Part shown: piece by piece, positions 1 to 9,102 of the stretch
How the letters are laid out: each line of letters begins with the position of its first letter
Numbering within the stretch: position 1 is the first letter of the stretch
NCBI GenBank assembly: GCA_048938445.1
Contig: JBHLME010000057.1
Location: 1 to 26,994 of the forward strand
Source: Promethearchaeota archaeon
GTDB taxonomy: Archaea > Asgardarchaeota > Lokiarchaeia > Sigyniarchaeales > SOKP01
Direction: 5' to 3'
DNA length: 26,994 nt
Position numbers and translations under genes: made by a program
The notes under the pieces: model-generated
Told to the model about the DNA's origin: nothing
The model's input: only the letters and a program-made list of their open reading frames with translations
Database searches by the model: none

Positions 1-2
1 AA

Positions 3-179
3 TCGTTTAGAGTAGGAAAAAATGAAGCAAAGATGAGACTTTCTATTTTAAAGAAGTCCCTAGATTTAGATGCTCTTATTTCTTCCTTGAAATCCGAAGT
101 GGAAAATCTTAAAGTTCTAAACTTAGAAAAATTAGAAGATATTATTCTTTGCTTCAATCTTCGTAAAAAGAGGCAATGA
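3..179 (+). CDS. 3' end of a CDS entering from the left edge (hypothetical protein, partial)
   Basis: Open frame from the window edge (SFRVGKNEAKMRLSILKKSLDLDALISSLKSEVENLKVLNLEKLEDIILCFNLRKKRQ) to TGA at 177-179; overlaps the rio2 3' end by 26 bp tail-to-tail. Not in the ORF track. Confidence 0.55.
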   Translation, partial: SFRVGKNEAKMRLSILKKSLDLDALISSLKSEVENLKVLNLEKLEDIILCFNLRKKRQ

Positions 180-1032
180 TCTCATCAACATTGCTTTCAA
201 TGTTAAACTTGTTTTTGAAATAATCACAAATGTTTTTTATGTCTCTCCTTAAAAGAGACCGTGAATTTGGATGGTCAGTTGTTACTGATTGCAACCAATC
301 TATTATTAATATATTTCCTTCTTCATCTATAACTATATTGAATTCTCCGAGATCACCATGAATTAATCCAACTTTTTGAAAAATAGTTTTTACTTGTTCA
401 ATTATATGATCGAAAATATATTCTGGATCATCAATACTTTTATAATATACTAACTCTTTACCTCTCAGATACTCCATTACAATCATATGCCTGTTATATC
501 CTATCGGTTTGGGTGTATTTAAGTTAAGAGAAAAAATCTGATTCAGTGATTCAAATTCTTTTTTAGCAGCAAGTCTATTAACATATAACCATGATAAATG
601 AGATCTTTCACCTACTAGGTCGCGCAAATTTTTTATATTTTTAAAGCTTGTCCGTCCCATTCGATAAATCTTTAAAGCATATATGTTCTCATCATCATCC
701 ATACAACTATATACATCAGATTCCTTTCCTTTTCCTAATATTGGCCCAAGATGAGCGATTATTTTTTTTTCAACTAATGCACGTAAGCCCAATAAATCAT
801 AAGCTTGTGAGTTAAGAGTATATGCGATGTCATATTTTGAAGAATCTCGAATGATCAAGTCAAATTTATGGACTTTTTTCAAGCGAAATAAAGTCTCCTC
901 GATGGGATACCGTGAATAAAATTTAATATCATTTATTTTCACGAATTTAGATCTCTTCATGCCTAATTCTATTGCCATTAAGATCCTAAAATCTTCTTTT
1001 TCTAATCTGGTAAGAAGTTTTGCCGCTTCCAC
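154..1032 (-). CDS. rio2: RIO2-type atypical Ser/Thr kinase with N-terminal winged helix
   Basis: N-terminal 'EDFRILMAIELGMK' Rio2 wHTH; P-loop GKGKESDVY; 'KIYRMGRTSF'; catalytic loop IHGDLGEFNI; metal loop IIDWLQ. GTG start. Confidence 0.93.
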   Translation of the reverse strand: MEAAKLLTRLEKEDFRILMAIELGMKRSKFVKINDIKFYSRYPIEETLFRLKKVHKFDLIIRDSSKYDIAYTLNSQAYDLLGLRALVEKKIIAHLGPILGKGKESDVYSCMDDDENIYALKIYRMGRTSFKNIKNLRDLVGERSHLSWLYVNRLAAKKEFESLNQIFSLNLNTPKPIGYNRHMIVMEYLRGKELVYYKSIDDPEYIFDHIIEQVKTIFQKVGLIHGDLGEFNIVIDEEGNILIIDWLQSVTTDHPNSRSLLRRDIKNICDYFKNKFNIESNVDEIIASFYED

Positions 1033-1096
1033 ATACTAATGGTTAGATTTTTCACTTTTAAGATTTATCAAATTAAAAAAATAAATTAGAAAAAAA

Positions 1097-1885
1097 TTAT
1101 CGAATGAAGATATAATCTATATATGTGTAAAAAAAATAACAAAATTTGACAAAACTTGGAATCTCAATCACTAACAATGCAAAAATATTAAGCCCAAAGA
1201 ATATGAGGAGATCTTGAGTTAAAATTAAATAGCTTTCCTCAGTCTGTGCTTGAAATTTGAATAAAAAGATCCCCTGACTTAAATATAGTATTATACCGAT
1301 ACAGGTAATAATACCAACTAAAGACACTATTATCACTTGTTCATCTCTTTCATAAATACCAATTAATATAGTTATAATATAGCAGGTTAGAGTGATAAAC
1401 ATGATGATATTTGATATTGTTAGCCAATTATGATATCCAGTAATCGGTATGCTTAAAGAATTACCTGAAACAGGGGATAATATAAAATTTGATAAATTTA
1501 CCATTGATAGGAGTGGTAGCATGATAGATAATACTGAAAAAATTAGATAAAGTCTAATTGTAAATAATTTAGTAAAATGGATTTTATCTGTCTTTAATTC
1601 TAATTTGGCGTTTTTTAACATTTCTTCAAGTTTAACCTTAATATTTTTTGGTATATCATCCATGAGGAGGGTAAGCTGAATGGAATCATCTGGATAATTT
1701 GAAAGTAATTCTACCATTGATTCATAACCCCTTTCAAGCCTTTTTTTATTGGAATCAGGGCCATTCCATATATATAGTTTTTTTTTATCCTCATCTAAAA
1801 AGGCGGCTAAATCATGTAAGAGTAGGTTTTTATTCTCTTCAAACCAATTATTTTCGTTTTCTTGGTAAATATACGTTCTTAACAT
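1097..1885 (-). CDS. Membrane protein: N-terminal gelsolin-like domain plus 4 predicted TM helices
   Basis: N-terminal 'LLLHDLAAFLDEDKKKLYIWNGPDSNKKRLERG' resembles the gelsolin core motif; the C-terminal half has four long hydrophobic segments. Confidence 0.7.
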   Translation of the reverse strand: MLRTYIYQENENNWFEENKNLLLHDLAAFLDEDKKKLYIWNGPDSNKKRLERGYESMVELLSNYPDDSIQLTLLMDDIPKNIKVKLEEMLKNAKLELKTDKIHFTKLFTIRLYLIFSVLSIMLPLLSMVNLSNFILSPVSGNSLSIPITGYHNWLTISNIIMFITLTCYIITILIGIYERDEQVIIVSLVGIITCIGIILYLSQGIFLFKFQAQTEESYLILTQDLLIFFGLNIFALLVIEIPSFVKFCYFFYTYIDYIFIR

Positions 1886-1965
1886 TTTTAAGTAGTTTAA
1901 CGCATCTCAAAATTAATTTATAAGTGGATAATAAATATAAGTATTATTCATATAAAGAGTTACTA

Positions 1966-2865
1966 TTATTCGATTCTATCTTTTATTTCATCCCACAAAT
2001 CATTTATATATGTCTGATAAATTTCAATATCATCTTTGCTAATATCTTTAAACCTTTTTTGAGCTTGTAAATACTCCTCAAATGGCTTCCTCTTAGAGGG
2101 AACTAAATATTTCTTACTATCCCTTGATAATTGAAATTTACCGTTTATTATCTCATATAAAGGCCAAAATCCCGTCTCAACAGCAAGCTTGCCAATTTTT
2201 ATTGATTCTTTTGGATCATAACCCCATCCAGGAGGGCATGGTGCAAGCACGTGTATGTATTTAGTACCTATCATACTTCTTGCTTTTTTAAATTTCTCAT
2301 ATATATCTATTGGATAAGAACTATTAGAAGTTGCAATATAAGAGATTCCATGAGCTTCCATTATTTTTGGCATATTTTTTTTAGGTCTCATTTTTCCCCC
2401 AGGGGTTGTTGCAGTAAATGCTCCTAGAGGTGTGGAACCACTTCTTTGAACTCCTGTGTTCATGTATGCTTCATTATCATAACATGCATAAATAAAATTG
2501 GTCCCTCGCTCGGCTGCACCGCTCAGTGCTTGAATTCCTATATCTGCAGTTCCCCCATCACCTGCGAATGCAACTACGCATATCTCATTGCTCAATCCTT
2601 TCTCTTCTAATGAGGCGACTATACCAGAGGCAGCTGCCCCAGTTGTAGCGAAAGGAGTATGAAGGACTGAAACTTGAGTGGTGCAAAAACCCTGCATTCC
2701 ATGTAGAACGGTGAGACATGACGCTGGTACTGTTAAAATAGTTTTTGGTCCAAGTGCTTTAAGTGCAAAACGATATGTTAGTGCCATTGAACAACCTGCG
2801 CACATTCTCGTTCCGGGATAAATATATTCTTCTTCTTGCAAATCCATTATTTTTACCATGTTCAA
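1966..2865 (-). CDS. porB: Pyruvate/2-ketoisovalerate:ferredoxin oxidoreductase beta subunit (TPP-binding)
   Basis: CAGC motif, TPP motif GDGGTADIG...YDNEAYMNTG, 'QRSGSTP', 'APCPPGW'; downstream of the alpha subunit. Confidence 0.92.
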   Translation of the reverse strand: MNMVKIMDLQEEEYIYPGTRMCAGCSMALTYRFALKALGPKTILTVPASCLTVLHGMQGFCTTQVSVLHTPFATTGAAASGIVASLEEKGLSNEICVVAFAGDGGTADIGIQALSGAAERGTNFIYACYDNEAYMNTGVQRSGSTPLGAFTATTPGGKMRPKKNMPKIMEAHGISYIATSNSSYPIDIYEKFKKARSMIGTKYIHVLAPCPPGWGYDPKESIKIGKLAVETGFWPLYEIINGKFQLSRDSKKYLVPSKRKPFEEYLQAQKRFKDISKDDIEIYQTYINDLWDEIKDRIE

Positions 2866-2877
2866 ATCCTCTCTTAA

Positions 2878-4116
2878 TTATAATTCCAATTCCTCTAATT
2901 TCAATCCTAAAAATTCGGTAATGTTAGTTATATCTCCTTTATCAGCTTGTTTCAACGTTTTTTGAACACCTTCAATTAAATGCTCATCCTTAATATCTCT
3001 TCCACCTAATCCAACAATAAATCCTTTTATAAAGGGAGCGTCTTTTAATCCATAGAGAGCTGCTTTTAATTCATAACATAAAACCCCTTCATATCCATAT
3101 CCGACGGCCCTATCAAAAACAATTATATTCTTTTTCTCCTTGAAAAATTCTCGTAATTGCATTGCAGGAAAAGGTCTGAATAATCGTAAGCAAACAAGTC
3201 CTATCTTGATACCTTTATCTCGAAGCTTTTTTACAACACTTCTTGCTTGTGCTGACACGGATCCCATTGCAAATATAATCGAATCTGCGTCTTCAGTTTT
3301 ATGTGTTTTAAATAATCCATTTCCATAAGACCTACCGAATTTATTAGCAAATTCATCATGTACTTCTTGAATAATATCAATGGAATTTTCTAATGCTTTT
3401 TGTAAGGAATACCTAAACTCGTAATACCCTGGTGCCGTTCCTTCTGCTCTTTTTATGATGTCTGGAGTAGTTACTGGTCCTACACCCTTTATATTAGTGA
3501 TATCAGATAAATTTATATGATGGATTAAAGGAGGTAAAAACGCATCAATATCTTTTTGGTTTTCTAACTCGAGGGGCATCATCGTATGAGAAAGTATGTA
3601 ACCATCATAAGCGACTATAGTTGGAATATATATTCTAGGATCTTCAGCAATTTTAAATGCTTGAATATTGGTATCGTAAATCTCTTGATTATCCTCACAC
3701 ATGAATTGAATCCATCCTACATCCCTAATCGTTATGAAATCACTATGGTCATCCCAGACACTCCAAGGGGCCCCACAGCTACGTGTTGCTAAATTTATAA
3801 CTATTGGTAGCCTAGTTCCTGAAGCCCAAGGTAACATTTCATACATCAACATCAAACCATGAGCTGATGTTGCTGTACCCACTCTTGAACCAGTAGCTGA
3901 AGCTGCACAACAAGCGGCTGCAGCAGAATGTTCTGATTCAACCATCAAGAATTTAGCATCCATCTTACCTTGATCAATAAACTCTGAAATTTTTTCTACA
4001 ACAGGACTTTGAGGAGTAATAGGATAAGCAGACATGACTTCTACTTTAGCATGTCTTAAAGCGTAAGCAGCGGCGTGATTACCGGTTAAAATTTTCTTTT
4101 TTTTCTCTTCTTTCAT
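2878..4116 (-). CDS. porA: Pyruvate/2-ketoisovalerate:ferredoxin oxidoreductase alpha subunit
   Basis: GNHAAA, AYPITPQ, VESEHSA, RLFRPFP and GLGGRD motifs; ATGA overlap with the delta-subunit stop; SD-like GAGGTG at 4125-4130 (minus strand). Confidence 0.92.
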   Translation of the reverse strand: MKEEKKKKILTGNHAAAYALRHAKVEVMSAYPITPQSPVVEKISEFIDQGKMDAKFLMVESEHSAAAACCAASATGSRVGTATSAHGLMLMYEMLPWASGTRLPIVINLATRSCGAPWSVWDDHSDFITIRDVGWIQFMCEDNQEIYDTNIQAFKIAEDPRIYIPTIVAYDGYILSHTMMPLELENQKDIDAFLPPLIHHINLSDITNIKGVGPVTTPDIIKRAEGTAPGYYEFRYSLQKALENSIDIIQEVHDEFANKFGRSYGNGLFKTHKTEDADSIIFAMGSVSAQARSVVKKLRDKGIKIGLVCLRLFRPFPAMQLREFFKEKKNIIVFDRAVGYGYEGVLCYELKAALYGLKDAPFIKGFIVGLGGRDIKDEHLIEGVQKTLKQADKGDITNITEFLGLKLEELEL

Positions 4117-4436
4117 TCAATCTGCACCTCTTCCATTGATATTGCGTTTGCGGGGCATTCTTCCTTACATATTCCACACCCCTTACAATATTCCATGTTA
4201 ATTTTAGGTGGGATTGTCCTTGAAACTACTCCTTCGGGACAATATAGCCAGCAATTAAAACAACTTGGTTTACCTGACTTTGAAGGTATGCATTTTTCTA
4301 GATTAATAATTGGTTTCAACTTGCTCCAAGTTCCGGTTCTTCCAGCTTCACCAATCACGGGTTTCTGAATGGATGCGAGTATTTTTTGATAATCTTTTTT
4401 CTTACTTGTCATTGAAAGACCACATTTTTCTTCCAA
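4113..4436 (-). CDS. porD: 2-oxoacid:ferredoxin oxidoreductase delta subunit (2x[4Fe-4S])
   Basis: 'TGTW..KPIINLEKC...CFNCWLYCPE' and 'YCKGCGICKEECPANAI'; directly upstream of porA. The start may be the TTG or the later ATG (MTSKK). Confidence 0.9.
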   Translation of the reverse strand: MEEKCGLSMTSKKKDYQKILASIQKPVIGEAGRTGTWSKLKPIINLEKCIPSKSGKPSCFNCWLYCPEGVVSRTIPPKINMEYCKGCGICKEECPANAISMEEVQIE

Positions 4437-4644
4437 ATTATATATATATCCTCTTTAATAGATGACTTATAACAATAATGGAAGTATTTGAAAATTAAAA
4501 ACTTTAATCTTTTATATTTATAAGTTTTTTGAAAAAATTAAACATATATATACCTTATTTTATTAAAGATGTGAAGTTGAAAGAGTAGTTAACTAAAATA
4601 ATACTCATATATAAGAAATTTACAATAATTCACTAAAAACGATA

Positions 4645-5835
4645 ATGTCGAAGCTTCAAGAAAGTGAGAGGGCATCCTATATCAAGTACAAATTGATTGT
4701 TGAAAATTCAAGTGATCTTGTTATGATATTAAACGAAGATTTAACAATCGATTATACAAATAAAACTGCTCATTTAGTACTTTTAAATTATTCTGAAGAA
4801 GATCTTTTTGGACGCAACATTGAAGATTTTATACAATTAAAAGATTTTTTAAAAGTCTCTGGACATTTTAAAGATGTGTTTGATTCAGGGGAGGAATCGT
4901 TTGAGGTTCGAATGCTTCATAAAAATGGTCATTATATTTGGTTTGAGTCGAAATTAAGAGCATTTCTAGATGAAAATGATGTTAAAAAAGCTGTTATGAT
5001 ATCGAGGGAGATTACAGAACATAAAAATGTTGAAAAATTCATTAGTGAAATTTCAGAACGTAGAAGAACTGAAAATCTCATGAAAAAAGAGATTCAAAGG
5101 ATAAAAGAATTCGATAAAATCAGAAATGATTTAATTTCAGGAATTTCACATGAATTAAAGACACCATTAATGTCTATCAATGGTGCTTGTGAACTCATCT
5201 TGGAAGTTTATAAAGAGCAATTGGGTGAAGATGCATTTGAATTGATAAAAATGATGTCAAGAGGTGCTGAACGATTGGGGATCCTAATCGAGAAATTGCT
5301 TGATATTTCGAGAATACAATTTGAAAAACTTGAATTAGAAAGAAAAGATGAAAATTTAAGTGAAATAATTAAGGGATGCGTTAAAGAAGTTAATTATTTT
5401 TTAAAAGGGAGAAATCTTGAGTTAACTCAAGACCTTCCAAGCATTATGAATATTTCTGTTGATAAAATCAGGATTGAACAGGTCATAACAAATCTTTTAC
5501 TCAATGCTATAAAAAATACACCACCAAAGGGTAATATAAAAATAAGTTTACAAAAAAAGGACAATCTTGCTCAAATTATTGTGAGAGATTCTGGTATTGG
5601 TTTGACTAAAGATGAAATGGAAAAATTATTTACTAAATTTGGAAAAATTGAACGATCTGGAGCGGGATTTGAATATCTGGACATTCAAGGATCGGGATTG
5701 GGATTATTTATTACTAAAGAAATTGTGGAAATGCATTGTGGGGAGATTTCAGCTCAATCAAGCGGTAGAAATAAGGGTGCAACTTTTATCGTGACTTTAC
5801 CTTTTGACTCAAATAATAATAAAGAGAAATTATAA
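4645..5835 (+). CDS. Soluble PAS-domain sensor histidine kinase
   Basis: PAS/PAC ('LIVENSSDLVMILN...HKNGHYIWFE'), H-box ISHELKTPL, N-box NLLLNAIK, G1 DSGIG, G2 GSGLGL; no TM segment. Confidence 0.93.
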   Translation: MSKLQESERASYIKYKLIVENSSDLVMILNEDLTIDYTNKTAHLVLLNYSEEDLFGRNIEDFIQLKDFLKVSGHFKDVFDSGEESFEVRMLHKNGHYIWFESKLRAFLDENDVKKAVMISREITEHKNVEKFISEISERRRTENLMKKEIQRIKEFDKIRNDLISGISHELKTPLMSINGACELILEVYKEQLGEDAFELIKMMSRGAERLGILIEKLLDISRIQFEKLELERKDENLSEIIKGCVKEVNYFLKGRNLELTQDLPSIMNISVDKIRIEQVITNLLLNAIKNTPPKGNIKISLQKKDNLAQIIVRDSGIGLTKDEMEKLFTKFGKIERSGAGFEYLDIQGSGLGLFITKEIVEMHCGEISAQSSGRNKGATFIVTLPFDSNNNKEKL

Positions 5836-6414
5836 ACTTTTTGCTAATTCATTACCCTCTTTTATTAGCTCAAAATTTAGTTGGGCTATTTTTTCATTCA
5901 TTCTATTACTAAGAACAGTTTCCAGGTTTTTTAATGTTAAATCAGGGAGTGCCTTTAACAACAATCCTAGAATCGGAGTATTTACAACTGGGCTTCCATC
6001 AATAGTTAATTGTTTATTCAAGGATAAAGTGCTGATATCTGCAACGATTACCTTATTTGTATCTTGTAAATTAAATTTTTTCTTGAAAAATTCAGGCTCT
6101 TTTTCTGTATTAATAATCAAAGTTCCATCAGACTGAAGGGAAGAAATTATATGCTCTTCTCCCACGCTTTCATCGAATATTATCAAAATATCAGGATTTT
6201 CTATTTGAGCGCGATCCCAAATTTTTTTTCTGTGAGAAAGTTTAGCATAAGCCTGGACTGGAGCGCCTCTCCTTTCAGCTCCAAAGGAAGGATATGCATG
6301 AACGTCTTCATAATTTCCACTTAAATATGCTGCCTCAGCAATAATTTCCGCACAAGTTACTACTCCTTGACCTCCACGACCAAGAATTACGATTTTAACT
6401 ACCTTGTCAACCAT
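5830..6414 (-). CDS. porC: 2-oxoacid:ferredoxin oxidoreductase gamma subunit
   Basis: 'GRGGQGVVT', 'YPSFGAERRGAPV', 'GTLIINT' and 'VNTPILG' are POR-gamma motifs. Confidence 0.9.
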   Translation of the reverse strand: MVDKVVKIVILGRGGQGVVTCAEIIAEAAYLSGNYEDVHAYPSFGAERRGAPVQAYAKLSHRKKIWDRAQIENPDILIIFDESVGEEHIISSLQSDGTLIINTEKEPEFFKKKFNLQDTNKVIVADISTLSLNKQLTIDGSPVVNTPILGLLLKALPDLTLKNLETVLSNRMNEKIAQLNFELIKEGNELAKSL

Positions 6415-6434
6415 GAAAAATAATGATATGAGTT

Positions 6435-7307
6435 ATGAATATATTGAAATATTATTTAGTACTTTTAATGAATATTATGAAAAATGAAAATGCATATTTT
6501 AATGGTCGTGAACAAACAAACCTTTTCTACCAATTTTGGTTACCTGATTCTGGTAATATAAAAGCCTATATAATAGGTATCCATGATTGGGGTACTCATT
6601 CTGACCGATTAAGCTTATTCGCAGATTTTTTAACCCAAAAAGGATATGCAATATACGCTTTTGATATAAGGGGTCATTGGAGAAATGCAGGTGAATATCC
6701 CGGTCATATTGTTAGTATGTTTGATCACGTTCAAAAAGATATCGTTTTATTCATGGATGTCGTTAAAGAAGCCGCAGGTGATAAAAAGATATTTATAATT
6801 GGGGAAGGATTTGGTGGTCTGATTGCTTTAATTTACGCTATAAACCATCCTCAGCTGGATGGAGTAATTGCGGCATCACCTGAACTTGAATTAATTGAAA
6901 AATTACCAGCTAGCAAAAAAGTAGAAGCAAAATTAGCGCCTACAAAGACTGTTAAATATGAAATAAACCAAAAAGTATTAACAAGTGATTTAAAAATATT
7001 AAAACAGCATTTTGCAGATAAAAATAAAATCGATGTTATCTCAGTTGAAACTCAATCAGAAATAATGTCTGCTATGAAATGGGCGATGAAAAATGCTCAA
7101 AGATTGTCTTGTAGTTGTCTGATACTACAAGCTGGAGAAGATAGGATAGTTGATAAGAAAAAAAGCAAACAATTTTTTACGAAAGCTAAAAGTAAGGACA
7201 AAAAATACATTGAATATGATGGTTTTTATCATGAATTATTCGCTGAAAAGAGTCGAGCTCAAGTTTATCGGGATACTTTTATCTGGTTGGAAAAGCATGT
7301 TAAATAA
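6435..7307 (+). CDS. Alpha/beta-hydrolase of the lysophospholipase/monoacylglycerol-lipase type, lacking the nucleophile Ser
   Basis: 'YAFDIRGHW', 'LILQAGEDRIV' (Asp), 'YDGFYHELF' (His); the nucleophile elbow reads GEGFG instead of GxSxG. The real start is probably the ATG at 6477. Confidence 0.85.
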   Translation: MNILKYYLVLLMNIMKNENAYFNGREQTNLFYQFWLPDSGNIKAYIIGIHDWGTHSDRLSLFADFLTQKGYAIYAFDIRGHWRNAGEYPGHIVSMFDHVQKDIVLFMDVVKEAAGDKKIFIIGEGFGGLIALIYAINHPQLDGVIAASPELELIEKLPASKKVEAKLAPTKTVKYEINQKVLTSDLKILKQHFADKNKIDVISVETQSEIMSAMKWAMKNAQRLSCSCLILQAGEDRIVDKKKSKQFFTKAKSKDKKYIEYDGFYHELFAEKSRAQVYRDTFIWLEKHVK

Positions 7308-7315
7308 AATAACTT

Positions 7316-8101
7316 TTATGGATATTTTTTATAAAGAGATTGAATAAAATTATGTAATTCCTTCATAGATTTTTTAGGACCCATCGCATAAGCACCACAC
7401 TCATCTTCCATGTCAAGACAAGATTTAATATAAGCCTTATTCATTATTGTCGTCATTGCCTTGTATGTAAAGAGAAATTCCATCTTTAATTTACTTAACT
7501 CTTTCGCATACTTTAAAGTGTCATCATCTAAAGTTTCCAAAGGAAAAAGCATCGTAGGAAAGTTTATGTTCTTGAGCTCGTCTAATGGTACTTTTTTATT
7601 GGTGAATAAGAGATTTTTCGCATAGCTAATTCCAAAAGCCATTAAAGGCATGAGAGTGGCACCAGTTTGGGGATAAGCACTTATATATAATTCGGGAAGC
7701 TGTAAATATAGCTCATCTTTAGGCCTATCAGCAAAAATTCTGATATCTGAAGCAACAGTCATTAATACTCCAAAACCAATGGAAATTCCTTGAGTTTGCG
7801 TAATTACGGGCTTCTTTAAAAACATAATGGTTTCATTCACTTTTCTCCCCCATTCAGTAATCAATTTAATTTTTGCAGGATCTTCCATAACTTCTTTTAG
7901 ATCATATCCTGCAGAGTAGAATTTATCTCCAACACTCTTAATTATGATACATCTCACCCTTTCATCCTCATCTGCTTCAAGCAAGTGCTGATGCATCAGT
8001 TTTAACATGCTACTATTAACAGCATTAGCTTTATTTGGTCTGTTAATAGTAATGATTGCTACTCTTCCTTTAGTCTCATATAAAATAAGTTCTTCACTCA
8101 T
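7316..8101 (-). CDS. Enoyl-CoA hydratase/isomerase (crotonase) family protein
   Basis: 'VAIITINRPNKANA', 'FYSAGYDL', 'KKPVI', 'SDIRI', 'LPE' crotonase motifs. Confidence 0.88.
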   Translation of the reverse strand: MSEELILYETKGRVAIITINRPNKANAVNSSMLKLMHQHLLEADEDERVRCIIIKSVGDKFYSAGYDLKEVMEDPAKIKLITEWGRKVNETIMFLKKPVITQTQGISIGFGVLMTVASDIRIFADRPKDELYLQLPELYISAYPQTGATLMPLMAFGISYAKNLLFTNKKVPLDELKNINFPTMLFPLETLDDDTLKYAKELSKLKMEFLFTYKAMTTIMNKAYIKSCLDMEDECGAYAMGPKKSMKELHNFIQSLYKKYP

Positions 8102-8325
8102 ACCTAAAAAAAATATACCATCTTTAAAAATTGTTTTTAACTAACTTTAGAAAAACTTGATGAAAATTTTAATTTCTAAATAAACATTTGAAAAGATATT
8201 AGTATCTTTCTTAAATCAGATGTAAAAAAAATTACTTAGTAAGCTATTTTATGCTTTTCACTTTAAATTTTGTCCTTACTTACAAATTATTATTCACTAA
8301 CTAATAATAATTAAATCAAAAATAC

Positions 8326-9102
8326 ATGTCAATTAAAGATACAACAATATATTATTTTTCAGGAACTGGTAATTCTTTAAAAATTGCACGTGATCTCTCA
8401 GAAAAATTAGAAAGATGTGAATTAGTACCAATTGCCCAGGTATGGAAAAATGAGAATATAATTTCAACAAGTAATAAAGTTGGTTTTGTTTTTCCACTAT
8501 ATTTTTATGGTCTACCTAAAATTGTTTACAACTTTGTAACCAAATTTGATGTCAGTAATTCTAATTACTTTTTTGCTATATTAACTAAAGGTGGTGATTT
8601 CGATGGTGTTGCGTTTCATCAATTAGAGGAGATTCTAAAAACTAAAAAAAAATCTCTTTCTGCTATGATCTCCATAAGGATGCCTGCAAATTTTTTTCGT
8701 AGTGATCCTGAAAACCTTCAAATACAACTTTTCAGAGATTCAATAAGTAAATTGGAAGAATTCTCTGAAATTATCAAAAATAATGAAAAAGATATTCAAT
8801 TAATAAAAAATAATAAAAAATTGGAAAAATACTTTAAAATTAATTATAAATTTCATAAATCCGTTAATGAAAGTGATATACTATTTTATATCGATGAAAA
8901 TTGTACTCATTGTGGAATATGCGAAAAAGTTTGTCCTATAAATAACATAAAACTTAACGATGGGGTACCACAATGGCAACATAAATGTCAACAATGTGTC
9001 GCATGCATTAATTTTTGCCCGGAAAAATCGATTAAATATGGAAACATAAACTTAAAAAATTATCATCATCCGGATATCAATGTGCATGACATGATTTTTT
9101 AA
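8326..9102 (+). CDS. EFR1-type flavodoxin plus 2x[4Fe-4S] ferredoxin fusion
   Basis: N-terminal 'IYYFSGTGNS', 'GFVFPLY', 'MPAN'; C-terminal CTHCGICEKVCP and CQQCVACINFCP. Confidence 0.88.
   Translation: MSIKDTTIYYFSGTGNSLKIARDLSEKLERCELVPIAQVWKNENIISTSNKVGFVFPLYFYGLPKIVYNFVTKFDVSNSNYFFAILTKGGDFDGVAFHQLEEILKTKKKSLSAMISIRMPANFFRSDPENLQIQLFRDSISKLEEFSEIIKNNEKDIQLIKNNKKLEKYFKINYKFHKSVNESDILFYIDENCTHCGICEKVCPINNIKLNDGVPQWQHKCQQCVACINFCPEKSIKYGNINLKNYHHPDINVHDMIF

Noticed and set aside
4517-5850. Possible target-site duplication flanking the kinase (TTATAAGTTTTTTG near 4518 versus TTATAAACTTTTTG at 5830)
   Set aside because: Mismatched, low-complexity AT sequence; no transposase or terminal inverted repeats.
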